Shown here piece after piece: positions 50,118-63,421 of a stretch of DNA of 64,000 nucleotides; position 1 is the first letter of the stretch; each line of letters begins with the position of its first letter. Location of the stretch: assembly GCF_963921235.1 (NCBI RefSeq), contig NC_086109.1, positions 4,404,001-4,468,000 on the forward strand, in the 5' to 3' direction. The notes under the pieces are model-generated. The model searched no databases and was not told where the DNA came from. It was given only the letters and a program-made list of their open reading frames with translations. Origin of the DNA: Mobula hypostoma. Lineage: Eukaryota. The position numbers and the translations under genes are program-made.

Positions 50118-53100
50118 CTGTCTGTCTGTCTGTATCTTGTTTTATGGCGGTTGGCATCCAGCTTAATGGTGCATTACCGCCACCCTCTGCTCCAGAATGT
50201 GCACTAGACATACATTCTAAATCCCTTCACCCAATCACACACACACACAAACCTACACTTCACCCTCCCATCTTTGACCATCCTAGTATCCTATTCCTGT
50301 TTATTCGTCATATTCTATAAAAAACCCCTGTACCCCTTAAAAAAGCTAAAAATACCTGGACTTGTGCTCTCTCACCCATGCCCAGCAACCCTTTTAATGT
50401 GAATTCCTGCATCCCCAACTCCCTTAATTTATTTCTCATCATCTCTCTCTGTATCCCATACTTCCTGCAACACAAAACTACATGTTCTACTGACTCCTCT
50501 TCCTGACATTCCTCACACAATCCTGTCTGGTGTTTCCCTAGCATTTTCAATGTTTTGTTTAATGCACAATGCCCCAGCCTTAACCTAGTCCACACAATTT
50601 CCTCTCTTCTGTTTCCATTACCTACCCTAGTAACTGCAACACTCTTTTGTATTTGATATAAATGCCTCCCTTTCCCCTCCCTGTCCCATCTTTCTTGCCA
50701 CATTCGGTTGACTTTTTCCCAGATTACACACTTAACCTCTGCTTTACTGATACTAATGTGCATTTCCACATTTTCTTTCTTTAACACCCTCTTTGCCAAC
50801 TCATCCACCCTCTCATTCCCCTTCACCCCTACATGTGCTGGAACCCATAGAAATTTTACCTGACCTCCCTGATTTGCAATTCTTGTACCTACTGAAGGAC
50901 TTCATAAAGTACATTTTGCCAACTGTTTGTGTGAAAAGACCTTAAACTTGCTAGAACTGAGGATGAATCTGAACATATCAATGTTTTGACTTGTCTGGCT
51001 TTCTGCACCCATTGCAACGCAACCAACACCGCCAGCATCTCCACTGTAAACTCCTAACTTATTAGATGTTCTTCTGCTGATTCCAATTTCTTTTGCTGGT
51101 ATGACCACCCCAAACCCTGTCATTCCTGTTGTAGGTTCCTTTGCACCATCCGTATAAATGTGAGTATAATCACTATACTTTTCCATCACATGACAGTTAA
51201 ATGCATTTACCAAATCTGTTTTATATCTTTCTTTCCTTTTTACCTCTAATAAATGCCAGTCTATGTCAGGCCATACAAGCTTCCATAGAGTTACAACCGG
51301 ATAAACTACTGAAGGACTTATCCTCAGATCAAATACTCCACGTTCTTTCGCGATATCATTCCCTACCCGACTAAAGGTATCCCTCTGAAACCTCCCATTT
51401 TCCCAGCACTCCTGCAACACTCCTTTAGTAGGGTGAGAATCATTGTGCCCCTGCAAGTTAGCCCAGTAGTTTGCCATCAGTTGCATCCTTCTTAGTTCCA
51501 AAGGCATTATTCCCATTTCTACCTGTAGGGCTGACACTGGTGACGTTTTAAAAGCCCCACTGCACACTCTCAAGGCCTGAGCCTGAATCACATCCAGTTT
51601 CCTTATAAGAGACCTAGCTGCTGATCCATATACTATATTTCCATAATCCAATACAGATCTTACTAAAGCCACATACATTCTCTTCAAAGCTGAACAACTT
51701 GCTCCCCATTCCCTACCAGTCAAACATCTCATCACATTTATTACTTTTTTACATTTCTCCTCAACTTTCCTGTTATGGTCTGCCCGTGTTAATCGTGAAT
51801 CAAATATAACTCCCAGAAATTTAAATGATGCAACCCTTTCTAATTCAACCCCATACATCCTTAACTTCTTCCCTACCTCAACCCTTTTCCTGGTAAAAAA
51901 TACAGATTGAGTTTTGTCTACTGAAAATCTACATCCCCAATCATAACCTCACTCCACCACTTCATCAATTGCTTCTTGTAGTTTCCTGATTATATGGTCC
52001 ATGTTCCTGCCTCTTTTCCACAAGGCCCCATCATCCGCAAACAGTGACCTACCTATATCCACTGGTAGCTTTGTGAAGACATCATTGATCATAATCATGA
52101 AAAGTAATGGGCTAATCACACTACCTTGAGGTGTGCCATTTTCCACTATGTACTGTTTTGATAATTCTGATCCAATCCAAACTTGAATTTTTCTACCAAA
52201 CAAAAAATCTTTAATCCAATTAAAAACTCTCCCACCAACCCCCATCTTGTGCAGTTTAATTAATAATCCTTCCTTCTACATCATATCATAGGCTTTTTCA
52301 ATGTCAAAGAACACTGCCACTACTGACTCTCTATTTGCCTGGGCCTTCCTTATTTCAGTCTCTAACAGAATCACTGAGTCCATGGAATTCCTTCCCTTTC
52401 TAAAACCACTCTGATAACTTGCCAGCATTCCCCTTTTCTCAAGCTCATATGATAACCTTTCTGTTATCATCCTTTCCATTATCTTACATATACTTGATGT
52501 TAATGCAATTGGTCTGTAGCTAGTGGGTTTTGACAGATCCTTGCCAGGCTTCCTTATTGGAATTACTACTGCTTCTTTCCATGCACTTGGTAATCTTCCC
52601 TCCTCCCACACTCTGTTATAAAAATGCAGCAACTTCAAGAGCGCTCCTTCTCCTAGATTTTTTAGCATCACAGAGCATATCAGATCTTTCCCTGGGGAGG
52701 TTGGTCTCGATCTCTTTATTGCTCTCACCATTTCTGCTAATGTAAATGGATCATCAATTATATCATCTGTTCCTTCCCTCCTGCTTAACACACCTGGGTG
52801 TTGGCTCATTATTCTTTCCCTTCTTCTTCTCCCTTCTTCAGACAAAGTAGTGTGGTGTGCAGATTTCAATGCTCATAGCACAATATGGGGGGATCAGATT
52901 ACAGATCCAAATGGAAAGGTAATTGAAGATTTGATGGAAGAAAGGGATTTGGTGTGTATGAATGATGGTAGCGGCACAAGGATAGATATAACAACAGGAA
53001 CTGAGTCAGTGTTAGATATTACGTTAGTGTCTAATACCTTGGCTGGCATTAGTAACTGGGGAGTTTGGACTGCTTCAACAGTAGGCAGTGATCACTACCC

Positions 53101-53689
53101 AGTTTTGTGTTCAGTGGGTGAAAGAGTTGAAGTAAGACCAGGTGGCGGAACCCCAAAGTGGGTGTTTGAAAAAGCTGATCGGGGTAAGTTCCAGAAGTTG
53201 AGTGAAGAAGGGTTGACAAAGATTGATATTTCTGGAAATGTAGATGAATTAAACAGTCAGGGACTTCAGCAATTATCATGGCAGCAGAAGGATCTATACC
53301 TAGGAGTAAAAATAGGATGAATAGAAAACTGGTACCATGGTGGACAGAGGAATGTTGTCAGGCTGTAAAAAACAGAAATAGAGCATTCAGGCTAGTTAAA
53401 AGAACCCATAATATGCAGCATTTGGTTCAATATAAGAAAGCACAGGCAGTGGTGAGAAGAACTATACGTCAAGCTAAAAGGGCAAGTTGGAGGAGTTTTT
53501 ACGACAAGGTAGGAAGAACAACACCTGTGGGAGAGATATGGGGAATGATTAAGAGGATGGGAGGAGATAGAAGGGAATGGGAATATCCAGTAATGATATC
53601 TGAGGAGGAAACTGCAGTCTCCAGTAGCGATAAGGCTGAGGTCACGGCGAAGTCATTTGTACTGATACACAGTTCAGAAAATTTGTCTA
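50118..53689 (-). mobile_element. I-group (Nimb-like) LINE with RT + RNase H + CCHC; 5' part (52847-53688) inverted; 10-bp TSD
   Basis: RT: YRPIALTS, QSGFR, DIEKAYD, PQGSVISP, FADD. RNase H: IYTDG, VPAHVG..GNE.VD.LAK. CEEC..ESVEHVVLCC. APE end (DFNAH, SDH) lies on +. TSD GCGGCTTCTT at 50108-50117 and 53690-53699. (gaca)n tail. Confidence 0.93.
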
Positions 53690-55094
53690 GCGGCTTCTTG
53701 CTGTGGTCACAGGGTTTTTATCCTGCCGTTTGATGGGAAGCAGGTGTGTGCAGTTAGTGGTACCTGGGAATAATTGGAATCTAAATGAGGTGATCGAGGT
53801 CCAAATCTTGAGGCAAATGGCAAGATGGAGGATTGCCAGAAGGGACCATGACAATATCATTGCCGACAATAATACAAAATTATATTCTTCTAAAAATATA
53901 ACACAAATTATGAGGGTATAGATAGGATAAATGCAAAAAGACTTCTTTCCACTGAAATTGAGTGTGAGTAAACTAGAGATCATAGTTTAAGGGTGAAATC
54001 AATTATTTAATGGAAATCTGAGGAGGAACTTCACAGAGAGTGATGGGAGTGTGGAATGAGCTACCAGTAGAAGTGGAGAATGCAGATTCTAGTTAAACAT
54101 TTAAGAGAGGTTTGGATAAATACATGGATGGGATGGGTACAGAGGGCGAGGGTGCAGGTCCATGGGTCCAGGTAGAATAATAGTTCAGCATGGACTGGGC
54201 AGGCCAAATGGCCTATTTCTGTGCTAAGATGTTCTGTGGCTCCATCTGAATGTCTCGACAAGGCCAGCATTTATTGCCCATCCTCTCTCTCTTTGAGAAG
54301 GTGGTGCTGAGCCATCTTCTTGGATTGCTGCAGGTGTGGTGAAGGTGTCCGACAATGCCATTGAAGGGGGGTGGCAAGGAGGTTCACACACAATGAAAAA
54401 CTGACAATTTTTAAATGAGAATAATGTGTGTGACTTGGAAGGAATTTGCAAGTGGTGGTGTTTCACATTACTTTTATTTGTCATAGTAAATTGAGTGTTT
54501 GAGTTAAATCAGATCAGCGAGGATTCAGCTGGGCATCCTGCAAGTGTCACTATGTTTCCAGCACCAACACAGCTTTCCCACAGCTTACTAACCCTAACCA
54601 AACGTCTTTGGGATGTGGGTGGAAACTGGAGTACCCACGCAGTCACAGGGAAAACATACAACTCCTTACAGACAGCATTGGATATCAAACCCCAATCTCA
54701 CCCTCTTGTATCCGAAGCTGTTCGAGATGGTAGAGATTGGGGAACTGGGAGGAGCTCCTGAGGTAAAATGGATCTCTGCACTGCAATTTGTAGATGATAC
54801 ACACTGCAGCCACTGTACACAGAATGAATGTTTGGAGTGATGGATGGGCTGCCTTGTTCTGGAATGGTGTCAAGTTTCCTGAGCTCTGTGGGAATTCCAG
54901 CCTTCTTCCTACATTACAAGCTCAGTCTGTTATTTCAGGCTAAATTAAAATTAAATTTAAAAGCTGTTTGCCAAACATCACTCCCAGCTGTTTACAGCAT
55001 TACTGCAGTGCTTTGTTGCAGTGTTGATCCTAATGACACTGAGCAAAATTTCTGAACAGGTTTAATATTCCCAGCATTTGTCGTAACACCTGTT

Positions 55095-56335
55095 AACTTT
55101 GTGGCAGCAGTACAATGCAATACATAATATAGAAAAAAAACTTTGAATTACAGTAAGTATATATGTGTATATTAAATAGTGCAGGATGATAAATAAAAAG
55201 TAGTGAGATAGTGTTCAAGGGTTCAATGTCCATTCCGAAATCAGATGGCAGAGGGGAAGAAGCTGTTGCTGAGTGTGTGTCTTCAGGCTTGCACCTCCTT
55301 CCCCATGGCAGCATGAGAAGGGCATGTCCTGGGTGGTGGGGTCCTTAATGATGGTCACCACCTTTTTGAGGCACCGCTGCTTGAAGATGTCTTGGATACT
55401 TTGGAGGCTAGAACCCATGATGGAGGTGACTAATTTTACAATTCTCTGCAGCTTACTTCGATTCTGTGCGGTAGTTTTCTCCCACCAAACACACCCCCCA
55501 TACCAGTTGGTGATGCCACCAGTCAGAATGCTCTCCACAGAATATCAGTAGAAATTTTCAAGTGTTTTAGATGACATACCAAATCTTCTCAAACTCCCAA
55601 TGAAATATAGCCTTCTTTATAACTGCATCAATATATTGGGACCAGGTTAGGTCCTCAGAGAAATTAATACCAGAAATTTGAAATTGCTCACTCTCTCTAC
55701 TTCTGATCCCTCTATGAGGATCCCTCTATAGTAAAGTCAAAGTTAATATATGTCACCATTTACTATCCTGAGATTCATTTTCTTGCAGGCATTTATAAGA
55801 AAATTAAGAAATGCAATAAATTTTACAGAAAAAATATGAAGACTGACAAACAACCAATGTGCAAAAGAAGACAAATTATGTAAATAAAAAAAATACTTGA
55901 GAACGGAGCTTTGAAAATCTGAGTTGTAGAATCATTAATGTGAGTCTATTGGTTGTGGAGTCAGTTCAGAGTTGAGGTGAGTGAAGTTATCCATGCTGGT
56001 TTGGGAACCTGATAGTTGGAGGTAAGTAACTGTTCCTGAACCTGGTGGTGTGGGACCTAAGGCTCTTGTACCTCCTGTCCAATAGCAATAGTGAGAAGAC
56101 AGCATAGCCTGGATGGTGGGGCCCATGATGATGGATGCTCCGAACTTGTGGCAGCGCTCCTTGTAGATATGCTCAGTAGTGGAGAAGGCTTTGCCTGTGA
56201 TGTTATGGGCTGTATCAACCACTTTCTGTAAACTTTTCCATTCCTGGGCATTGGTGTTTCCATACCAGGCCGTGACACAACCAGTCTCGATAGTCTCCTC
56301 TGTGCATCTATAGATGTTTGTCAACATTTTGGATT
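55095..56335 (-). mobile_element. Two Rex1/Babar-type LINE 3' fragments
   Basis: ESILTGGITNWYG..KLQRIVK and TGCVTAWYGNT..LQKVVDTA. Confidence 0.8.
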
Positions 56336-58204
56336 ATGGAAGGTTATGTAGCTGATGTATTGATTCTACTTCTCTGCCTGCAGAGCAATCACAGTACTTA
56401 TATCAGATGTGCTGTATCTACAGTAGCTTCGTGATGAAGAGTCTTGGCCCAAAATATCAACCGTATATTCCCCTCTATAGGTGCTGCCTGATTTGCTGAG
56501 TTCCTCCAGCATTTTGTGTGCGTTGCTCTGGATTTCCAGCATCTGCAGAATCTCTAGTGTTTAGTGTCCACAGCATGTTACTTGTGGATAGAGAAATGCC
56601 CCAGGTACACATCAAAACAGAGAGCAATGTGACTCTGAAAAGAAGAGAGCTTTGAAAACCTGAAGGTAAAAAATTGTGTGTGTGTGTGTGTGTGTGTGTG
56701 TCTGACCAGTGGCCTTTACAAGGTAGTGGTAAGTTGCCCCTCTTTTGCTTTCCACATGGAGCAGAGCTTAGCCACTCCATACCCCCACCCCCCAGGCCAG
56801 CGTCTCCTGTGGCTCACACTATGCTGGAGGTTAGCCACAGCTCAGGTTAATGCAGCGTCCGCAGCCCCTGCTAACTGATATCCACACAGTTCTACACATG
56901 GGGACTCCAGGATCTCTTGGGGATACTGAACACATCAGCAATCTCACGTACCAAAATAATCCACAGTCCTTTCCCCACCCTCTGACTTTAATAACCCAAT
57001 GGACCTGCTTCTAACACAAAACAGCAACCAGTCCGTCAGGACAGGCCCCTCCCCCAGAACTTCATCTTGTAAACTGGCAGGATTACAGAGATCTCCGCGT
57101 TTCTGCTCTGCAGGGTTGCTGTCGTTTAGAAACTCTCGGAACAGTGGAGCGGTCAGAGTCGCTGGTTGTAGGGTTGTCCGATGTCACAGGGAACTGAGTT
57201 TGCCACCTGTGATAGCAGTTGTTGAACTGTGTCATGCCGCAAAGAGCTGATTCAGGGCTATCAGAACATGGTGGTTAAATTACCTGGACTGCAGCCAGGC
57301 ATTGCCCATTTGATTCAGAGATACGTGTTCAAATCTCACTAGGGCAGATGGCAAATACGTGTTAGTAAATCTGAAGTTATTAAAACTTCTCAGTAACGGT
57401 GACTGAAATCATCACTGCTGTCCTCTGGTCACTACAGGCACACAACAACATAGTTCAATTCGTCTTTGCAATATCTTGTATGGCACAGTAGGGTAATGCT
57501 TTACAGTGCTGCCCAGGTTCAATGCCATCACTGTCTATAAGGAGTTTGTATGTTCTCCCTGTGACCATGTGGGTTTCTCTGCGTACTCGTGTCCTCCAGA
57601 TGCTGTCTGCATGTTATGTTGGCACCAGAAGCATGGTGCCACTTAGCGGGCTGCCTTTGGCACATTCTCGGACTGCGTTGGTCACAGACACAAACGACAC
57701 ACTTCACCATATGTTTCGGAGTAAATGTGATAAAAAATCAAGCTGAGGGGTGGTTGGGAAGGAATGACTGCTGGTCTTGACACCATCTGAAAATAAATTA
57801 AAACAATCCGCATCTACTCCCTGTCTAGGATGGCACATGCAGTTAAAAGGGTGGCACTCAAAATAAAGATTTGATGTCTTCCAAATTCCCGAGGATGGCC
57901 ACCCCATGGTCTCCAAGGTGGAACATAGCAGAGGGTACCATGGGCCACAGCTTGTTTCAACAGCTACAGTTTCCAACTGTATTCGGTAACTGGGTCAGTT
58001 CTGCAAACATAAAGACCAACGTAATGATAAAAAAGACAGGTGTATATGTAGTGAAACATCCCTGGGGACACAAACAAGATCCAATATACAGCAAGTCCAG
58101 GTATTTCATAAACAGTGGAATGTTGCAGATGATTCTCGGCATATTAAGAATGTAAGAGCATAGAACATTATGGCACAGTACAAAATTGTGGAGAACTTAG
58201 AACA

Positions 58205-59035
58205 TGTACAGAGGAGTTCGAGTACCTTTGCTCCATCCACCGTACCAGCCGGGATCTCCCAGTGGCCAGCCATTCCCACACTGATATCTCTGTCCAGAGC
58301 TTCTTCCATTGCCCAGTTGAGGTCAGATACAGATCAGAGGAGCGACACCTCCTCTTCCACCTAGGTAGTCTCCAACTTGACGGCATTTACATCGATTTCT
58401 TTTCGTAACTTCTTCTCCCCCGTCACTTCTTTCCTTACCTATTCCTACCAGCCCTCATCGCTCTTTCTCTTCCTCCACCCTCTCCATTTGCCCATCACCC
58501 ACACATTTCTCCCAGTGGATCCTCTCCCCACCTCCTTTCTTCCATTCAATAGTCCTCTCCTGTAAGACTCTATTCCTTTGTCACTTCCAACTATCACCCC
58601 CCAGCTTCTTACAATATTCCCACTCTTCCCCCTCTCTCACTTGCCTATCACCCTCCAGGTTCTTACAATATTCCCCCTCTTTCCCCTCTCTCACTTGCCT
58701 ATCACCCTCCAGGTTCTTTCAATATTCCCCCTCTTCCCCCTCTCTCACTTGCCTATCACCCTCTAGCTTCTTACAATATTCCCACTCTTCCCCCTCTTTC
58801 ACTTGCCTTTCACCCCCCAGCTTCTTACAATATTCCCACTCTTCTCCCTCTCTCACTTGCCTATCACACCCCAGCTCTTGCTTCACCACTCTGCCCCCAA
58901 CCCTTGTCACTGCCCATCTTCCCTCATTCCTCCAGTCCTGAAGAAGGATCTTGGCCCAAAACGTCAACTGTCAATTTCCTTCCACAGATGCTGCCGGACC
59001 AGGTGAATTCCTCAAGTATTTTGTGTGTTGCTCCA
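58205..59035 (+). mobile_element. Penelope fragment containing a ~54-bp tandem repeat (58590-58870)
   Basis: GIY-YIG-end-like sequence, repeated ttcttacaatattccc..ctctcacttgcctatcacc, pLTR tail. Confidence 0.75.
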
Positions 59036-59194
59036 GAGGAGGTCAACCAGGATGAAAGATTTCCAAGAAGCTAAAAACATCAAGTCTGTTCTGCTTAGAA
59101 GAGTGAAGTTATATGGTGATCTAATAGAGGGGTTCAAAATATGAGAAGCTTTGATTTAAATGAGACAATAAAGCAATTCACTCCAAAGGAGACT

Positions 59195-59650
59195 CACAAG
59201 AATTATCTCAGGAATGAAAGGGTTAACAAATGAGGAGAGTTTGATGGCTCTGGGCCTGTACTCGCTGGGAGTTTAGAGGAATGAGGGGGGAATCTTATTG
59301 AAAATAATCACCTAGATAGAGTGGATGTGGAGAGGTTGTTTCCTATAGTGGGGTAGATTAGGACCAGAGGACACACCCTCAGAATAGAGGGACATCTATT
59401 TGTAACAGAGATGAAGAAACGCTTCTTTAGCTAGAGGCTGGTGAATCTGTGGAAATCATTGCCACAGATGGCTCTGGTGGCCAAATCATTAAGTACATTT
59501 AAAGTGGAGGTTGATACGTTAGTGATTAGTAAGGGTGTTAAAGGTTATGTGGAGAAGGCAGGAGAATCAATTGACAAGGAAAATAAATCAGCCATGATCA
59601 AATGTCATAGCAAGCTCAATGGGCTGAATGGCCTAATTCTGCTCCTATGC
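59195..59650 (+). mobile_element. CR1/HER1 LINE 3' fragment
   Basis: NLWKSLPQ..VAKSL..FKVEVD and CR1 3' UTR. Confidence 0.8.
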
Positions 59651-61082
59651 ATTATAGTCGCATCAGGCAGCACCAGTAAATGTTCGAATATAAAAGCATC
59701 AAGAAGACAGATGAGGAGAAATATTCAAGCTCATACTTTGTAAAAGGATGGCACATATCTTTGGGAATGAGGATATTACTGAGAGATGGGAATGATCTGG
59801 CACCCAACATCAGATGTACTTCTAAAGTACAGCAGAGGAAGTGGAGCTGTCTGGCTCCGGTACTGTGTGCTTCCTAGATTGTAATAAATTACACACCAGG
59901 CAGTGTGCTTTACAACCCTGTAAATAAATGGCTTCCGAAATTGTATTATCGAAAGTGACTCGATAACTGTGCAGTGAACATTGGTGAATGGAATATAACT
60001 TTAAATTTTTTGATCCAGGAGACTCCTATTCTTTTATAATGTTTACTACCAGAAATATTTGAGACAAAACATTCAAATAAGTAGATCTTTCTCAGATTTC
60101 AAAAACAACAACATTTCATACAAAATTTAATCAAATCTGGTTGGTACCCAAACACTGAACAGTAACGCAAGATCAGAAATTAACACCAAACAGTTCCGAT
60201 AACACTTAAAATCAGATGTTATGTGTATAAATTTATAATCAATTATCTTCTCAGTGAAAAAGCTGTTTATGTTATAGATGATCTCATTGTCAAACTGTCC
60301 ATCAGTAAATAGGTCCAAAGATCTCATTCCAAACTTGACTCAATACAGTACGATAATGTAAGAAGCACTTAGATGTCATGTTGGAACAGTGAGACCTAAA
60401 CGGAGGTTATAGAACAGTCTAACTTTAGGTGAACCATACCACAAGAAAATAGTGGGATGTTAACAAGTGAGTTGGTCATTTTAAGGCTTCAACATTCGGT
60501 ACTGAACATATTCATTGGAAACTGAAAGGGAACACAGAATCACGCTGAAACAGATTATGCAAGTTCTTGAAAGTAAACCTCATCGGACCACCAATCAGTA
60601 CTAACAGTTCACTTGGGACCTGACTAACACCCTTGCAAACACAACTGTGATCAAATACTGTTCATCTAAAAAAAATACTGTTCATCTGCCTTTTTAAACA
60701 TATTAAACCTGAAACCTCTAAACAACTCCAACTCTCAACCCAATGTGTGTTTCACAACACACTGTAAGGAAAATGTTTGAGTTAATTTCCATGGAGATGA
60801 CATTAACGAATTAGAATGTTGCCAGCAGTTTGCACTACAGGATTTTGACCTATGGGGCAAAAAAAAAATGACAATTGTAAAATAAAACAAATCGTAGATA
60901 CTTAATACACATTGAATAGAGACTAGAATAACTGCATTCTTAAGAAATATGGCAGGCAAATCATTTGTTGCTTAAAAACTAGAATTTATATTGAATGTTC
61001 AAAGTTCAAAGTAAAGTTTATTATCATAGTACATATATGTCACCAAATGTTTACCTTTACCAGAGGATTTCTTTCATTAAGA

Positions 61083-61192
61083 TCAGGTTGGATGATCAGA
61101 GTATTCATCAAAATGGGCCTCCCCTTTGCTTTGACTGGGCTGAGGTTTAATGCGAATTTTCTTGTGGGTTTTACGCAGTCTGGACAGCCAGC
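61083..61192 (-). CDS. Candidate last coding exon of an unidentified third gene (CWLSRLRKTHKKIRIKPQPSQSKGEAHFDEYSDHPT*)
   Basis: Acceptor tttttacttgtatttag. Non-repeat sequence followed (on -) by ~1.3 kb of AT-rich, repeat-poor, UTR-like DNA. A second frame is also open, so the frame is uncertain. Confidence 0.35.
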
Positions 61193-62697
61193 ACCTAAAT
61201 ACAAGTAAAAATTCAATAACAACACAGCAACTCATGGAAGAAATTTGTAAAACAGTAAAAGAGTTACAGAACAAACAAACAAGGCCACTTTGGCAAGAAA
61301 ATTAATGGATCAGTAATAAGCTAACGTTAAATGTCAGATTTATTGAAGGTGAAAACGAATGCAGTATGGATGAGGAAGCCACGGAAAGCTGACAGATACC
61401 GGTAACTTTTCTATTTGTTGTTCATAGTTTGGAATGAGTGAAGCGGAAGACAAGAACTGATAAACACAGGGGATCCTGCAGAAACTGGAATTCCAGAGCA
61501 ACACACACACAAAATGCTGGAGGAACTCAGCAGATCAGGCAGCATCTATAGAGGAAAATAAACAGTCCATGACTCTGACTGAGATCCTTCATCAGGATAT
61601 TAGAGTCTTGGCCCAAAATATTGATGTTGCCTGGCCTGCTAAGTTCCTCGAGCATTTTGTACCAGAACTGATAAATGGAATTGATTCAATTTCTCAGTCA
61701 CCCCACGATTAACACTTTGACATTTCTTTTTGCACTACTTCAGATTGCGCAAGTACATGTTGCTCCATTTTACTTTTTCACAGTCTGCTGCATGTCTGAA
61801 TCAGAATCAGGTATATTATCACAGCACATTAGGGTAGCATAAGGAGTTTCTATGTGACTGCATAGGTTTCCTCTGGGTCCTCTGGTTTCCTCCCACATTC
61901 CAACCATGTGCAGGTTAGTAGGTTAGTTAATCACTTTGGTCTAATTGGGTGGCAAGGGCTCATTGGGAAAGGCCTGTCACCATGCTGTATCTCTAAATCT
62001 AAAAATCTAATAATAAGAACTCCTCATAGAGCACCTTTCGTACAGCCATTGTCATTCAAGGTGCTTTACAATGAGATGAAAGTACAAACATGAAAATAAA
62101 ACAAAAAATAAAAATAAAAATGAAAATAAAAGACAAAAAGATGCTAATTAAAATCAAGGATAAATAAATAAGTTTTGAGCTAGTGTTTTAAAGTGTCAAC
62201 TGAGACTGCATCCCTTATAGTTTTAGGTACTGAATTCCACAGTTTAGGAGCGCAGTTCAAAAACCCTGACCTGACAATTATCTTTTGAAGCAGATTGTTT
62301 AAATTTAAGAGACCAGCAGAAGAAGACCTGAGAGCTTGAGCAGGCTTGTACAACGAAAGTGATTCTGTGATGTATTCCAGTCCAGGAACCACTGAGAGCT
62401 TTAAAATCAATTCTAAAAGATAGAGGAAGCCAATACATAGTATGTTCCCTCATCCTGATTTTAGTTAGAAGACTAACAGCGGCATTCTAATGAGATGAAG
62501 TTTGTCAATAGATTGCTTTGGAAGACCAGTGATTCTAGACCATGCAATATAAAGACCTGAATTAGTTTTTCAGAATTATTACGTGACAGAAACTGGAGAA
62601 CCCTTCATATATTTCTTAAGTGTAGAAATACTACCTTGGTCACTTCGTTTAGATGGGATTTAAATTCGAATCTGAATCAAGGATATCACACAGGTTT

Positions 62698-63062
62698 ATT
62701 TATATACACATTTTCTTTTTCTCTCTCTCCTTTTTCTCCCTCTGTCCCTCTCACTATACACCTTGCCCATCCTCTGGGTTCCCCCTCCTCCTTTCTTTCT
62801 CCCTAGGCCTCCCGTCCCATGATCCTCTCATATCCCTTTTGCCAATCACCTGTCCAGCTCTTGGCTCCATCCCTCCCCCTCCAGTCTTCTCCTATCATTT
62901 CGGATCTCCCCCTCCCCCTCCCCCTCCCACTTTCAAATCTCTTACTAGCTCTTCCTTCAGTTAGTCCTGACGAAGGGTCTCGGCCTGAAACGTCGACTGT
63001 ACCTCTTCCTAGAGATGCTGCCTGGCCTGCTGCGTTCCACCAGCAACTTTTATATGTGTTGC
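62698..63062 (+). mobile_element. Penelope pLTR insertion with 14-bp TSD
   Basis: TATCACACAGGTTT at 62684-62697 and 63063-63076 flanks a pyrimidine-rich pLTR. Confidence 0.88.
62963..62998 (+). ncRNA. Minimal type I hammerhead ribozyme
   Basis: AGTC-CTGACGA-AGG(gtctcgg)CCT-GAAA-CGTC-GACT: stem I, intact core, stem II and a GUC cleavage triplet. Confidence 0.75.
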
Positions 63063-63421
63063 TATCACACAGGTTTGTTCCTTCTGATTTTACAAGGGGA
63101 GCCAAGTTCCCAAGTTTACCAAGAACTTTATCTCTTTTGGCTTTGGTACCAAATAAAAGTATTTCAGTTTTATCTTCAATTAGTTTTAGGAAAGTATTGC
63201 TCATCCTTTTGTTTATTGCAGCCGTACCAGAAGTCAGAGAAGACTGGGCACTGTATCAAGTCACTTCTCAACTTCTATCACTGCAAAGAAAAAAGCCTTA
63301 GCTCGCTCAACCTTTCCTCATATTTTATATGTTTTTATATTTCTTTCACATTTTCATGAATGTAGCGATCCATTTATCTTCTTTTAGAGAGGTACAGCAC
63401 AGTTACAACACCTTCCTGCCA

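Larger units (their letters stand above)
62025..63350 (-). mobile_element. L2-clade LINE, degenerate, interrupted by a Penelope insertion
   Basis: FLKL..DKTEILLFG, WLP..FRIDFK, LRSS, APKLWNS.P..IR motifs. Confidence 0.8.

Noticed and set aside
50031..53858. Possible solo LTR (TGAT...ATCA) as the target of the I-group LINE
   Set aside because: No target-site duplication, PBS or second copy is visible.
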